Shown: one piece after another, positions 55,240 through 63,999 of the stretch
Layout of the letters: the number at the start of each line of letters is the position of its first letter
Position numbering within the stretch: position 1 is the first letter of the stretch
IMG/VR virus record: IMGVR_UViG_3300020557_000009
Coordinates: 6,448-70,447 of that record
Strand: one strand, 5' to 3'
Source of the DNA: a virus
Taxonomy: Duplodnaviria; Caudoviricetes
DNA: 64,000 bases
Made by a program: the position numbers and the translations under genes
The notes under the pieces: model-generated
The model's input: only the letters and a program-made list of their open reading frames with translations
What the model was told of the DNA's origin: nothing
The model's database searches: none

Positions 55240-55268
55240 ATTGTATCAAAGTATTTAGTAAAAGTCAA
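55240..55268 (-). promoter_or_regulatory. sigma70 promoter of tRNA operon with embedded late-like CTAAATA
   Basis: TTGACT-17-TACAAT; CTAAATA at 55252-55258. Confidence 0.7.
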
Positions 55269-55303
55269 GCTCATTTTTCTTGTTTGCCTAACTTTTTTCA
55301 TTG

Positions 55304-55606
55304 TTACCTGATGGTTTCTTGTGGCATAGCATGGTTCAGCGTGCCATCCATCTTGCGATAGAGCAACTTGTCATCTTCAATGGTTGCATAACCATCAAAA
55401 AAGTAAGAATCCAAACTTTGTAGTCGTAGCAAATCACTTTCAGCAAACTCGCTGATGTTCGCTACTTGCTGTCCTAACCACTTTGAAACATTGTAGTCAG
55501 AGTTTGCGACAATAAACTTCGCTTCTTCTTCATTTTTTGCTTCAACCAAGTGGATTTCGTAAAATGTGTTTACGGTTTCGACCACAAATTTCTTTTTTTT
55601 GTTCAT
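55304..55606 (-). CDS. Hypothetical protein
   Basis: KFVVETVNTF...LVEA; start uncertain. Confidence 0.55.
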   Translation of the reverse strand: MNKKKKFVVETVNTFYEIHLVEAKNEEEAKFIVANSDYNVSKWLGQQVANISEFAESDLLRLQSLDSYFFDGYATIEDDKLLYRKMDGTLNHAMPQETIR

Positions 55607-55622
55607 TTTCTTTTTTGCCACA

Positions 55623-55898
55623 TCATTCTCCAAGTGTAAATTCAATATTTTTTACGGAATCAAAACGGAAACTTCGCCAATCTTGTTTTTCTAAGTCAAA
55701 AACAGCAAGTGCTTCGTCAGATTGTGATTTCCCGGTGTTTTTTGGTGATTTTTCACTTGGGATTTTTGACTCCGCAAGTGTGCAAACCATTTTTCGCTCG
55801 GTTCCGTCTTTTTTAGTGAAAACAATCGTCACTTTTTCATCACGGAGTAGTCCTCGCAACCACTCACGACCCTCTTTTGTATCAACTTCACTTGCCAT
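55623..55898 (-). CDS. DUF2693/WYL-like SH3 beta-barrel protein
   Basis: VFTKKDGTERKMVCTL, VFDLEKQDWRSFR. Confidence 0.7.
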   Translation of the reverse strand: MASEVDTKEGREWLRGLLRDEKVTIVFTKKDGTERKMVCTLAESKIPSEKSPKNTGKSQSDEALAVFDLEKQDWRSFRFDSVKNIEFTLGE

Positions 55899-56469
55899 TT
55901 TCATTTTCCTCATCAATTTCTTCTTCTTCGTCCCATTCAGCACGCTCTTCAAGCATTTCTCTGAGATTCCATTCATCAACAATATCTTCAGGAATGTTAT
56001 CTAACGATTCTAGGTCAGAATATTCATAAGATTCATCAGAACCATACTCATAACGACCAACAAATGCCATTCCTTCTTCATGGTAGTTACCAAAAATAGT
56101 CATCGAATCATCTTGCGAAATAAATTCATACAATGCAACAGGTGGTCCCCATGGTGAATCAAACCAAAATTGAATGCTCAGGTTATCTTCATCATAATCC
56201 TCAACACGCCAATCATTTGCATCACAATTCCATTTGCAACCCCAATTATCAACCGACCAAGAATACCAATCACCATATCCGTATTTCTCAATCAACTGTT
56301 CATTGGTGTGGTCGAATGAAACATTACCAACATCCTTTAATTCTTGTGGACATGGCAAGAAAAAATCAAACCAGTCTTTACCATTGTTTGCGTCCAGAAA
56401 AGCTTCGAATTCACGAACCTTCTCTTTAGAAGCGACCATTTCAAATGTGTTACTGCACCAATTTGGCAT
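55888..56469 (-). CDS. YubB/DUF1281-like ferredoxin-fold protein
   Basis: MPNWCSN, WY.W...NWG.KW, F.SPW.PP, Y.E.GM.F.G. Confidence 0.65.
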   Translation of the reverse strand: MPNWCSNTFEMVASKEKVREFEAFLDANNGKDWFDFFLPCPQELKDVGNVSFDHTNEQLIEKYGYGDWYSWSVDNWGCKWNCDANDWRVEDYDEDNLSIQFWFDSPWGPPVALYEFISQDDSMTIFGNYHEEGMAFVGRYEYGSDESYEYSDLESLDNIPEDIVDEWNLREMLEERAEWDEEEEIDEENENGK

Positions 56470-56485
56470 AATATAATCTCACTTT

Positions 56486-56884
56486 CTATGTGTTTGCAAT
56501 TGATTCCGCATAGGTCTTTAGTTTTTTAATTGTAACATAAGACAATGCTCTTTTGAGGTACTCTTCCCACCATTTGCCTGATTTCTCAGTTTTCTTTAAA
56601 ACACAACCATACAATCCGGCACCTGTCAACCCTTTAATATAGGTTTCAGGATCACCAAGAATCGCCTCATAATGGTCGTCAAATATCGGATTGCCTTCTT
56701 CATCTCTACGAAAAAAAGCAATATGATACATGTTACCAATTTTATTTCCTTCAATTGGTGTTGCACCTGCATATTCGGTATTTGCTTTAAACTCCCAACA
56801 ATGAATTACCAATTCATCATCTTCCTCACCTGGTAAAAAATAAATGCCATCATATTCATTTGGCTGCAATTTAACATCACCCAT
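56486..56884 (-). CDS. Hypothetical protein
   Basis: Start MGDVK at 56884. Confidence 0.55.
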   Translation of the reverse strand: MGDVKLQPNEYDGIYFLPGEEDDELVIHCWEFKANTEYAGATPIEGNKIGNMYHIAFFRRDEEGNPIFDDHYEAILGDPETYIKGLTGAGLYGCVLKKTEKSGKWWEEYLKRALSYVTIKKLKTYAESIANT

Positions 56885-57003
56885 AAGAGAGTTCCTTTCT
56901 GATTGCAATAGTTTCCGTTTTGCGGTCGTAAGATTTTTCACTTTGCACAACACGCATACGATATTTAGGACTGCGTAGGTCCTTTGCAACCAGATTTCTT
57001 GGT

Positions 57004-57246
57004 TTAATTACTTTTTGCAAATTCTTCATCCATTTGCCTCTTCATCTTTCCTAACATTTGAACCATGAAGGTCATTTGTTTATCTATATCCACATTTTGT
57101 TTTTGCACACAATATGAATCCATTTTCAACTTTGCGGATACTGCTTGACAATCCTTCAAACTTGAAAATGTATTCGGTGCCTCTTGGACACCATTTGCGG
57201 TTACTATCATTAATGCAAACATCAAACCATTCATACTCTCACCCAT
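57004..57246 (-). CDS. Small exported-type hypothetical protein
   Basis: Hydrophobic N-terminus, F.S..DC...., C. Confidence 0.5.
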   Translation of the reverse strand: MGESMNGLMFALMIVTANGVQEAPNTFSSLKDCQAVSAKLKMDSYCVQKQNVDIDKQMTFMVQMLGKMKRQMDEEFAKSN

Positions 57247-57449
57247 AATCCAATAATGTAAATTGCCAACAATCCAGCATTTACTGTAATCATCGCTTTG
57301 TCTTTAATGAGAATACCCCACCATAAGAACAAAGCGGCACCCAAATTGAGTAACCAAATATTCAAAGGGTCAAACATCAAGGCGGTCGCCAATGCACCAC
57401 ACAAGGTGACCGCTGTTGCAACCCATTTTACTTTACACCGAAACAACAT
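57231..57449 (-). CDS. Small three-TM membrane protein
   Basis: KWVATAVTLCGALATAL, LFLWWG, MITVNAGLLAIYIIG. Confidence 0.55.
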   Translation of the reverse strand: MLFRCKVKWVATAVTLCGALATALMFDPLNIWLLNLGAALFLWWGILIKDKAMITVNAGLLAIYIIGLWVRV

Positions 57450-57789
57450 ATGGTTTATTCCATTTTCCAACATTAATGTGATAATAGTAAGCAGTATTAA
57501 AATAATCAGTCATAGCATCCGACTCATCATAATAATCTGCCGCCATCAACGCAGCTTTCAATTCTTTCAATGCAACCAATGCCTTAGGGCGGTCGCCATA
57601 GTGGTCATCCAACCAGTAAGTATTCACCTGAATTCGGTCACCACCAAAATCGATAGGACCAGATTTTAGGTTCAGGCTAATGCTACTATGATTATGCACA
57701 GACAGCGTACCTTTCAAACCATACTTTTTCAGAATTGGTTTCACTTTAGCGGCAATAACTGCTTTCTTTTCTTGGTTCATATAAGCCAT
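57433..57789 (-). CDS. Hypothetical protein
   Basis: MAYMNQE.K, SDAMTDYF..AYY..I.VG.W.KPY. Confidence 0.65.
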   Translation of the reverse strand: MAYMNQEKKAVIAAKVKPILKKYGLKGTLSVHNHSSISLNLKSGPIDFGGDRIQVNTYWLDDHYGDRPKALVALKELKAALMAADYYDESDAMTDYFNTAYYYHINVGKWNKPYVVSV

Positions 57790-58019
57790 TATGCAATCTC
57801 CTTAACTTTGGACAAATTTTTCAATTGACGAATAACATCTTCCGTAGAATCCAACCGGTCAGAAGCCAGAGCGGTTAACATGGATTCTAAAACACCTGCC
57901 ATGGCGGGATAAGGCGATTCATAACGCTCACGGCAAGAATTTTCATATTCACGCATAGCTTCACGAATCATAGCCGAACGAGCACGGCGAGCATCCATCA
58001 TTTCTATAAATTTTGACAT
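57789..58019 (-). CDS. Hypothetical protein
   Basis: Start MSKFI; YPAMAG.LES. Confidence 0.55.
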   Translation of the reverse strand: MSKFIEMMDARRARSAMIREAMREYENSCRERYESPYPAMAGVLESMLTALASDRLDSTEDVIRQLKNLSKVKEIA

Positions 58020-58291
58020 TACATACTCCAATAAGATTCAGAGGAAGGAGAGCAATAATACGGAGTATCATAGCGCTCTTGAAATTGTTTACCACCAATC
58101 AGATTGGTTTTGGTAACATAGGTTTCAAATACTTTTACCATGTAACCATCCTGCATAAATTTTTCCGCAACCGTATCAATGAAATCTTTGGTTACAGGTG
58201 CAAAATCTTTTTTTTCAATCAAACGATAACCACCTTTTACACGGCGGTCGGATTTGTAAATTTCTAATGTATATTCGGTCATAGCAGACAT
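58019..58291 (-). CDS. Hypothetical protein
   Basis: LEIYK.DRR.K.G, TPYYCSPSSESYWSM. Confidence 0.65.
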   Translation of the reverse strand: MSAMTEYTLEIYKSDRRVKGGYRLIEKKDFAPVTKDFIDTVAEKFMQDGYMVKVFETYVTKTNLIGGKQFQERYDTPYYCSPSSESYWSM

Positions 58292-58319
58292 ATCGATTCC
58301 TTTCTCAGTTTATGGAAAT

Positions 58320-58383
58320 ATTATACATCAGGAATGCCGAATTGTCAACCAGCGTAGGAATCGACTGTTGCAGGAAAACAACA
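58320..58383 (-). promoter_or_regulatory. sigma70 promoter with TGTTG-N8-CAACA dyad
   Basis: TTGACA-17-TATAAT at 58320-58348; dyad 58366-58383 extends to GACTGTTG/CAACAGTC. Confidence 0.75.
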
Positions 58384-58385
58384 GT

Positions 58386-59342
58386 CTAGGAAGTGCATCC
58401 TATCGAAGCGGAAAGAGATTGTATTCCTGACAACTTCCGAGGATCGACCTCAACTGTTATCTCTCTTTTAACTTTGTACCAGTCAATTGTGAAAACATTC
58501 TTATGCTCAATATTTTCGCAAAGACCTAATTCATGGATTTTGATATAGGTTGGTTGAAACATGTATTCATTCAACATTGACCGAAATTTTGGACTGTGTG
58601 TGTAAATGTAAACTCGGTTCTCAAAAAGTCCAGTAGGTCCCCATTGAATGTAAACCATACCTTCGGCGGTTTTCTCATCGCCATCTTTTTCAAGTCTTTC
58701 AAGGAATCGAAACAACTCCTTTTTGAATTCTTTATTCCATTTCACTTCGTAATTTATCGCCAAATACACCTTATCAGAGGTTGATGGCACAACTTTAACT
58801 TCCTGAATTTCAACTTCAAGACCAGATTGCCGAATTTGCGAAAGGTAGTATTGTGACACCTTTTCTCTTTGAATAAGAGTATTTTTTGCCGTTTGATGTT
58901 TTGCCAATAAGTCATTACCATTCACCTGTCTCGTTTGTGATTCACCTTGTAGTTTTCTCATAAACTTCAAAGGCGACACTTTGGCGGTAATCGTGCAACG
59001 AATCACTTTATCTTTTTGGCAAGTATCAATCTTATACGAATTGACAACACCTGAAGAATAACTTGCAACCAGATTCCGAATCACTCGGTCGTTTTGAACA
59101 GTTTGGTCAGATATCACTAAGACACCGACCGCCTTTTGTACCGCAGAATTAAGTGCCGTTTCAATTGCAATCGTTTGGGTTTCTCCGATACCTTTGGCAG
59201 TAACCGTGATTTCTTCAGGCACCGATTCACTCATCGAAAAATAGATGCCTTGAAAAATCAATGAAACATAATCAAAAGGTGTAAACGATTGTGCTGATAC
59301 GGAGGATGTCCATAACAGACATCCAATCAGGAGATTCCTCAT
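58386..59342 (-). CDS. Secreted LPP20-like protein
   Basis: Signal peptide; G.G.T...A...AL..AV..AVGV.V.S. Confidence 0.55.
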   Translation of the reverse strand: MRNLLIGCLLWTSSVSAQSFTPFDYVSLIFQGIYFSMSESVPEEITVTAKGIGETQTIAIETALNSAVQKAVGVLVISDQTVQNDRVIRNLVASYSSGVVNSYKIDTCQKDKVIRCTITAKVSPLKFMRKLQGESQTRQVNGNDLLAKHQTAKNTLIQREKVSQYYLSQIRQSGLEVEIQEVKVVPSTSDKVYLAINYEVKWNKEFKKELFRFLERLEKDGDEKTAEGMVYIQWGPTGLFENRVYIYTHSPKFRSMLNEYMFQPTYIKIHELGLCENIEHKNVFTIDWYKVKREITVEVDPRKLSGIQSLSASIGCTS

Positions 59343-59470
59343 TTAGATTTGGAACTTGATAACTTCTCTTTTGTCCAATCGGCGGTGCTTGTAATGTCTT
59401 TACCCATTCCAGAGATTGTACCACAAGCAGCCAATGACAATGTTAATATGATTGTAATTACAGTTTTCAT
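59339..59470 (-). CDS. Entericidin EcnA/B-like lipoprotein
   Basis: Not in ORF track; MKTVITIILTLSLAACGTISGMGKDITSTADWTKEKL; lipobox LAAC and C.T..G.GKDI signature. Confidence 0.7.
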   Translation of the reverse strand: MKTVITIILTLSLAACGTISGMGKDITSTADWTKEKLSSSKSK

Positions 59471-59471
59471 T

Positions 59472-60014
59472 TTAGTTTCCCATCAAAGCACGAACTTGGT
59501 TTGCCGTTGCGATATCTCTTACACTTGTCTTTACGACCACCAGAACCGTTTTGGTTTCTTTGTCAAAAGACTTCGAATCGATATACACACCTTTGAGTAT
59601 TCCTTTTTGCTTGGTACGAATATCTTCTTGCACATTCGACACAATCTTGGAATTCATCTCATTGTTTGATTGACCACCGATAGTTTGACCTTCTTGTAGA
59701 GAATCAAATACCGTTTTCTTAAATCGTTCTGATTCAAGTTCATTTTTCATAAACTCGACCACTTTTTGTTGCGCTCGAAGCTTGGCAATGAGAAACGCTT
59801 CTTCTTGTCCAGATGGCAGAGTATTGGTCATTCGAGCCGAACCAGATGCGGTCATTGATTCAAATTGTCCGTCTTTGTTATAGGTGATTTTAATCTCACC
59901 ACCCATAAACTCGGCGGTTACCGAATCGGCCTTTTCGACACGCTTATCACCAAACGATGAACACGCACTTAGTAATACTACCGCAGAAACTACTGCAAGT
60001 TTTTTTACAAACAT
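59472..60014 (-). CDS. Lipoprotein, LPP20-like
   Basis: Lipobox LSAC; A...AKLRA, ILKGVYI. Confidence 0.65.
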   Translation of the reverse strand: MFVKKLAVVSAVVLLSACSSFGDKRVEKADSVTAEFMGGEIKITYNKDGQFESMTASGSARMTNTLPSGQEEAFLIAKLRAQQKVVEFMKNELESERFKKTVFDSLQEGQTIGGQSNNEMNSKIVSNVQEDIRTKQKGILKGVYIDSKSFDKETKTVLVVVKTSVRDIATANQVRALMGN

Positions 60015-60049
60015 TTCAAACGCTCCATAATATAAAGTTCACAGTTTAC

Positions 60050-60078
60050 ATCCTACTATAATATGGCACAATTGTCAA
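60050..60078 (-). promoter_or_regulatory. sigma70 promoter
   Basis: TTGACA-17-TAGGAT. Confidence 0.65.
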
Positions 60079-60092
60079 GACTATAACGGCAA

Positions 60093-60437
60093 TTATCGCC
60101 ATGTTCGATGTTTTTCGGCAATGTGTTCCATGCCGTCATACTCCATTATATCCCAATCTACATCATCGGGTATTTCCACAATCTTCAAATCAGAATACCG
60201 ACCATTGGCTTCACTTCCAAGCCGTTCGACAATTTCGACCAGTACCGGGTCGTCCCGCTCAATCTCACGGTCCGAAAAATAATTATTCTCATCAATTTCA
60301 TTTACATAGAAATAAGTAAACCCATGGTCATCAGGACCATCTTCGACCAGATTTAATCCTTTTCGCTTACCATACTCACGCACGGCTTGATCCGATAATC
60401 CATATCCACCAAAATCACGATTAATTACTATTTTCAT
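60093..60437 (-). CDS. Hypothetical protein
   Basis: KIVIN..FGGYGLS..A, R.DP.LV..VE.LG..ANG, EYDG.E. Confidence 0.65.
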   Translation of the reverse strand: MKIVINRDFGGYGLSDQAVREYGKRKGLNLVEDGPDDHGFTYFYVNEIDENNYFSDREIERDDPVLVEIVERLGSEANGRYSDLKIVEIPDDVDWDIMEYDGMEHIAEKHRTWR

Positions 60438-60473
60438 ATTCCTGTCCTTTCTCGCAGACGCAACATATATTTC

Positions 60474-60674
60474 CTACCGTTTCCGGCGCTGCCTAACTCT
60501 GGCACCCATTACTAACATAATCACCAAAATGGCAAAGATAATCGCTAAAGGTATCCAGAGTGGCGACAATACCCACCACCAAGACCAATCGATATAATTC
60601 GTTAGTTTTAAAGTAATAAAAACAATTGTTAAGAGACCGAAAAAACCGATACCACCCGTTCTACTTTCCGACAT
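60474..60674 (-). CDS. Small membrane protein
   Basis: GIGFFGLLTIVFITLKL...IDWSWWWVLSPLW. Confidence 0.65.
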   Translation of the reverse strand: MSESRTGGIGFFGLLTIVFITLKLTNYIDWSWWWVLSPLWIPLAIIFAILVIMLVMGARVRQRRKR

Positions 60675-60960
60675 ATTTACTCCTTATTGCTTCAATGGCG
60701 GCATTTCTTTCTTTGGTTTCTTGTTTCATTTCAGCAACATCTTCCATTACACTACCAATATCGACCATACCAACCACTAAGGCCGATACCATCATCGCAT
60801 GGATTTCTTCCATATGGAGGGAAATAGGCGGCTGACTCTTTTCATCAAAGGCAAAGTCCATACCTTCTCCATTCCACCATTCATTAAAATGGAGGCTAAT
60901 TCTACTCAGTCCTTCGGACTCATAGATTCCACTAATCGAGTTATTTCTAAAATTTTTCAT
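60661..60960 (-). CDS. Hypothetical protein
   Basis: EW.NGEG.D motif. Confidence 0.55.
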   Translation of the reverse strand: MKNFRNNSISGIYESEGLSRISLHFNEWWNGEGMDFAFDEKSQPPISLHMEEIHAMMVSALVVGMVDIGSVMEDVAEMKQETKERNAAIEAIRSKYVGK

Positions 60961-60981
60961 ACTTCAATCCCAAAATGTTTC

Positions 60982-61191
60982 TTATTTTTCCCTTAACATA
61001 TACTCAGCATGGTCACCATTGATTGGACTGCCTCCTAATACTAGATGGTCATGCATTGCCATCATTGCATTAGAAAACCAGCCCAACATCGTTTCATCTG
61101 ATACATTACAATCAGGATTCAATTCTCTAAAAAATTTGGTCCATGCCATTGCATCCGGATTGGTGTGAATGCTTCTATCATAGTCACTCAT
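60982..61191 (-). CDS. Hypothetical protein
   Basis: DA..W...F, M.GWFSNAM. Confidence 0.55.
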   Translation of the reverse strand: MSDYDRSIHTNPDAMAWTKFFRELNPDCNVSDETMLGWFSNAMMAMHDHLVLGGSPINGDHAEYMLREK

Positions 61192-61263
61192 TCTTCAACT
61201 CCGAAATGTTCTTTAATCCGCTCATTCATACTAGGTAACCTTTTCTTTATATGCGACACCGCA

Positions 61264-61292
61264 ATTATATGACATATCCATCGAATCGTCAA
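61264..61292 (-). promoter_or_regulatory. sigma70 promoter
   Basis: TTGACG-17-TATAAT. Confidence 0.7.
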
Positions 61293-61296
61293 GCTC

Positions 61297-61452
61297 TTAG
61301 AGAACCGTTGCCATAAAAGATGCCGCATTCCATGCCGAGGCAACAATGTAAATCCATCCCATGGAATTGAGTCCTTTTTCAAAGTTTTCATTGGCCCATT
61401 TCCAACAGAGAACCGCAAATACTACATTGAGAATTAATAGTATATCTGCCAT
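61297..61452 (-). CDS. Small two-TM protein
   Basis: Not in ORF track; MADILLILNVVFAVLCWKW...GWIYIVASAWNAASF, 51 aa. Confidence 0.5.
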   Translation of the reverse strand: MADILLILNVVFAVLCWKWANENFEKGLNSMGWIYIVASAWNAASFMATVL

Positions 61453-61471
61453 GTAAATATCTTCAATCCTT

Positions 61472-61903
61472 TCATTGATTATCCTGTTCCAACAGTTTTT
61501 CCAAATAATGTTTTCTTTTTTCCATTTGTAGATTTTCTTGTCTTTGCTTTGTTTTTACTCTATGACAATTTGCACATAATGTTTGAAGATTCTCAGAGTT
61601 ATTATTATGCCTATCTCCGTCAATATGATCCACATCCAATTGCCATCTAGGCTCAATAATCTTTGCGGTACAAATAAACCCTAGACGACCATCTTCATTC
61701 TCACAATACGATTTCCTATATTGCTTGTGAACACCACCCATCTTATACTTTCGCTTGTGATGATGTGAACAATACCTATGATACCTTCCGTACCCAGCGT
61801 TATCTGCAGGATTGTCACAATTACCCATGGCACACTTAGGCGCCGTGTTTATCACTTGTGGTCCATCCCATAGAGAGTTTATAATCTCAAATGCCATAAT
61901 CAA
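61472..61903 (-). CDS. HNH endonuclease
   Basis: LDVDHIDGDRHNN..ENLQTLCANCH..KT; N-terminal Cys/His finger. Confidence 0.8.
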   Translation of the reverse strand: MIMAFEIINSLWDGPQVINTAPKCAMGNCDNPADNAGYGRYHRYCSHHHKRKYKMGGVHKQYRKSYCENEDGRLGFICTAKIIEPRWQLDVDHIDGDRHNNNSENLQTLCANCHRVKTKQRQENLQMEKRKHYLEKLLEQDNQ

Positions 61904-62293
61904 CTTTTCCAGTCTTTTCCTGGCCGGAAAATTTTTTGGGCTAACCGAAGCCAGGAATTTCGATTTTGCCTAAGAATATAAACAGCAAATGGATTGTTGA
62001 GCAAAAGTAGACCTGCTATAACAATCCTTTTCCGACTGTTCCACCGCTACTTTTCGCCTATACTATACCATGCCAAAGGTATCGCTATAATTAGTCAGCA
62101 CCTCGATGACAGCATCCTCGGTCATCTCAAACCTCTGAGCGACCTCTACAATTGTCAAGCCTTCATAATCGTAGGCTTCACAAATATCCGTTACTAATTC
62201 TTTTACTTTACCCAAGGAAAGACTCCTTTAAAATTTCAATATATTGGCCAATTTGATTCAAGAGCGGCCATATGCTCATTATTTCTCCAATTA

Positions 62294-62623
62294 TCATGCA
62301 AATTCTCCATTGAGCTCAGAGTATTCTATAATAGGTTCTGCACATGTAATCTTCCCATCATACTCTAATTGGCTCTTTTCGAACCAGGATAGGTAATCAT
62401 CCGCTTCCATGGACCAATCAAGGATATACTCTCGGCAACCAATATTGTCGGTCTCCACATTCGCCATGGAGACGACCTCTTGGTAGTCAATATTCAGAGG
62501 AACATTGGTAATCTTATACTCGCTACCGCCTTTCATCTTCCAATACTGTGGACATTCACCAGTGCCATCCCAATCGTGGGCGCCATAGTTCTCCATAAAT
62601 TGGGTGCGAATAACGAGCATCAT
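62294..62623 (-). CDS. Hypothetical protein
   Basis: TQFMENYGAHDWDG.GECPQYWK.KGGS.Y. Confidence 0.65.
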   Translation of the reverse strand: MMLVIRTQFMENYGAHDWDGTGECPQYWKMKGGSEYKITNVPLNIDYQEVVSMANVETDNIGCREYILDWSMEADDYLSWFEKSQLEYDGKITCAEPIIEYSELNGEFA

Positions 62624-62642
62624 AGATTATTTTCCTTTTTAA

Positions 62643-62948
62643 TTAAGCAGCTTTTAAAACAGTAACATTGGAAGGCTTCTTATTGGCCTTAATTGCTTTA
62701 GTACCAACAGGGTTCTTCAGCGAAGCAAGTTTAGCTTCCAACTTAGCGATACGAGCGGCTTTCTTAGCAGCACGGTCAGCGGCTTTTTGAGCACGCAACT
62801 TAGCACGAGCTTCCTTACCAGCAATCTTGGTTGCCTTACGAGCAGCAACTTCAGCTTTGATAGAGGCACGGAGAGCAATCACGGTTTCACGCTTTTGAGC
62901 AAGGGTTAGACCATTCACAGAGGCACAAGCAAAAACAAAGTTCGACAT
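62643..62948 (-). CDS. Lys/Ala-rich basic protein
   Basis: Histone-H1-like composition; AAGGA SD; own promoter. Confidence 0.6.
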   Translation of the reverse strand: MSNFVFACASVNGLTLAQKRETVIALRASIKAEVAARKATKIAGKEARAKLRAQKAADRAAKKAARIAKLEAKLASLKNPVGTKAIKANKKPSNVTVLKAA

Positions 62949-62983
62949 AATTTTTCCTTTTCAATTAATCAGTCAGTATGGTA

Positions 62984-63095
62984 ATTATTACATAGGAATG
63001 CCGAATTGTCAACCAGCAGGAACCACTTATTTTCACTTGTTGCAGGAATACAACATTTGTGCATTTCCATTGGCATTATGTTAGTTACCACTCAC
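62984..63095 (-). promoter_or_regulatory. sigma70 promoter with both dyads upstream
   Basis: TTGACA at 63007-63012, -10-like TAATAAT; TGTTG-N8-CAACA 63038-63055; GTTAGTTACCACTCAC 63080-63095. Confidence 0.6.
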
Positions 63096-63287
63096 TTACT
63101 TTAGGTCCCAATAGAATAGTCCGTCACAATCATTGGCGCCTTCGTCAGCATCAGGACCAAATGCTCTGGGACCAAGACTTAACATATAATTGTCCAGCTC
63201 TTCTTCCTCTACTGCATCAACATGGTCGGCCATAGTTGCTTCGGCTATCTCCCGGCAGAGTTCATTTATTTCTTCGATTGTTGGCAT
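63096..63287 (-). CDS. Acidic hypothetical protein
   Basis: 63 aa; AGGAGG SD. Confidence 0.55.
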   Translation of the reverse strand: MPTIEEINELCREIAEATMADHVDAVEEEELDNYMLSLGPRAFGPDADEGANDCDGLFYWDLK

Positions 63288-63296
63288 AGTGCCTCC

Positions 63297-63608
63297 TTAA
63301 AAAGTATTTAAATTCGGTTCATACTCAGCGATTAACTCTCGCTCTCTTTGGTACGCAGGTTTACGACCACGAACCACCTCTAAGACCTCATACTGCAATT
63401 GGACTTCGGGATTCTCACGGAGGAATGAATAGAGAGTCCAAGACTTATTCTCCTTACGAGCACGGCTAAGATGCTTCTGAACCCGCACCTTTACACTACG
63501 GAGAAAAGCCTGTCCTTGAGCCACAGTAAGTCCAACATAGGAATCACCGGTCTCCGCTGTAATTGCATAGAGGACATAGTTCCGGTCTGAGCGCTTTTTT
63601 CTCATCAT
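63297..63608 (-). CDS. GIY-YIG nuclease-like protein
   Basis: NYVLY.I......SYVGLT, R...H, A..RE..LI. Confidence 0.65.
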   Translation of the reverse strand: MMRKKRSDRNYVLYAITAETGDSYVGLTVAQGQAFLRSVKVRVQKHLSRARKENKSWTLYSFLRENPEVQLQYEVLEVVRGRKPAYQRERELIAEYEPNLNTF

Positions 63609-63614
63609 GTAGCC

Positions 63615-63736
63615 ATTATATACCTAAATGAGGTAATTGTCAAGCCTTTGCTAACCTATTGATTCCATTCGTGTTGTATGGAAGCAACAGTCGCGGAGCG
63701 GTATCACTTGACTTTTCGGTGGTTCTGTGGTATACT
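63615..63736. promoter_or_regulatory. Divergent sigma70 promoter pair around a TGTTG-N8-CAACA dyad
   Basis: Minus TTGACA-17-TATAAT 63615-63643; dyad 63672-63689; plus TTGACT-17-TATACT 63708-63736. Confidence 0.6.
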
Positions 63737-63759
63737 GGAGGGGTGGTACGGGGAGGGGA

Positions 63760-63999
63760 CTACCACTTTTCTGCGTGGTCGTATCCTTCGGGTAACTCTG
63801 GCGGAAAATCTGGAAGGTCTACGCAAAAATCTTCGATGGTAACAGGTAGTGGAGTATCATTATGCATAGCAGTTATTCTCAGCGATTGCCTCTGAGCATT
63901 TGCAAGACCCTCTGGTGAATTCTGATACTCAGCAATGGACTTCTTTATATTCTTTACATGTTCGGGTGTTTTAGTCTGGTTACTATTGGCGCAAGACTG
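63760..63999 (-). CDS. C-terminal part of a hypothetical protein (5' truncated)
   Basis: QSCANSNQTKTPEHVKNIKKS...YDHAEKW stop; NUMOD3-like start of fragment is tentative. Confidence 0.5.
   Translation of the reverse strand, partial: QSCANSNQTKTPEHVKNIKKSIAEYQNSPEGLANAQRQSLRITAMHNDTPLPVTIEDFCVDLPDFPPELPEGYDHAEKW

Noticed and set aside
61904-62293. Intergenic tract with a TTGACA and a 20-codon ORF (MTEDAVIEVL...)
   Set aside because: No matching -10 box and no supporting evidence for the ORF
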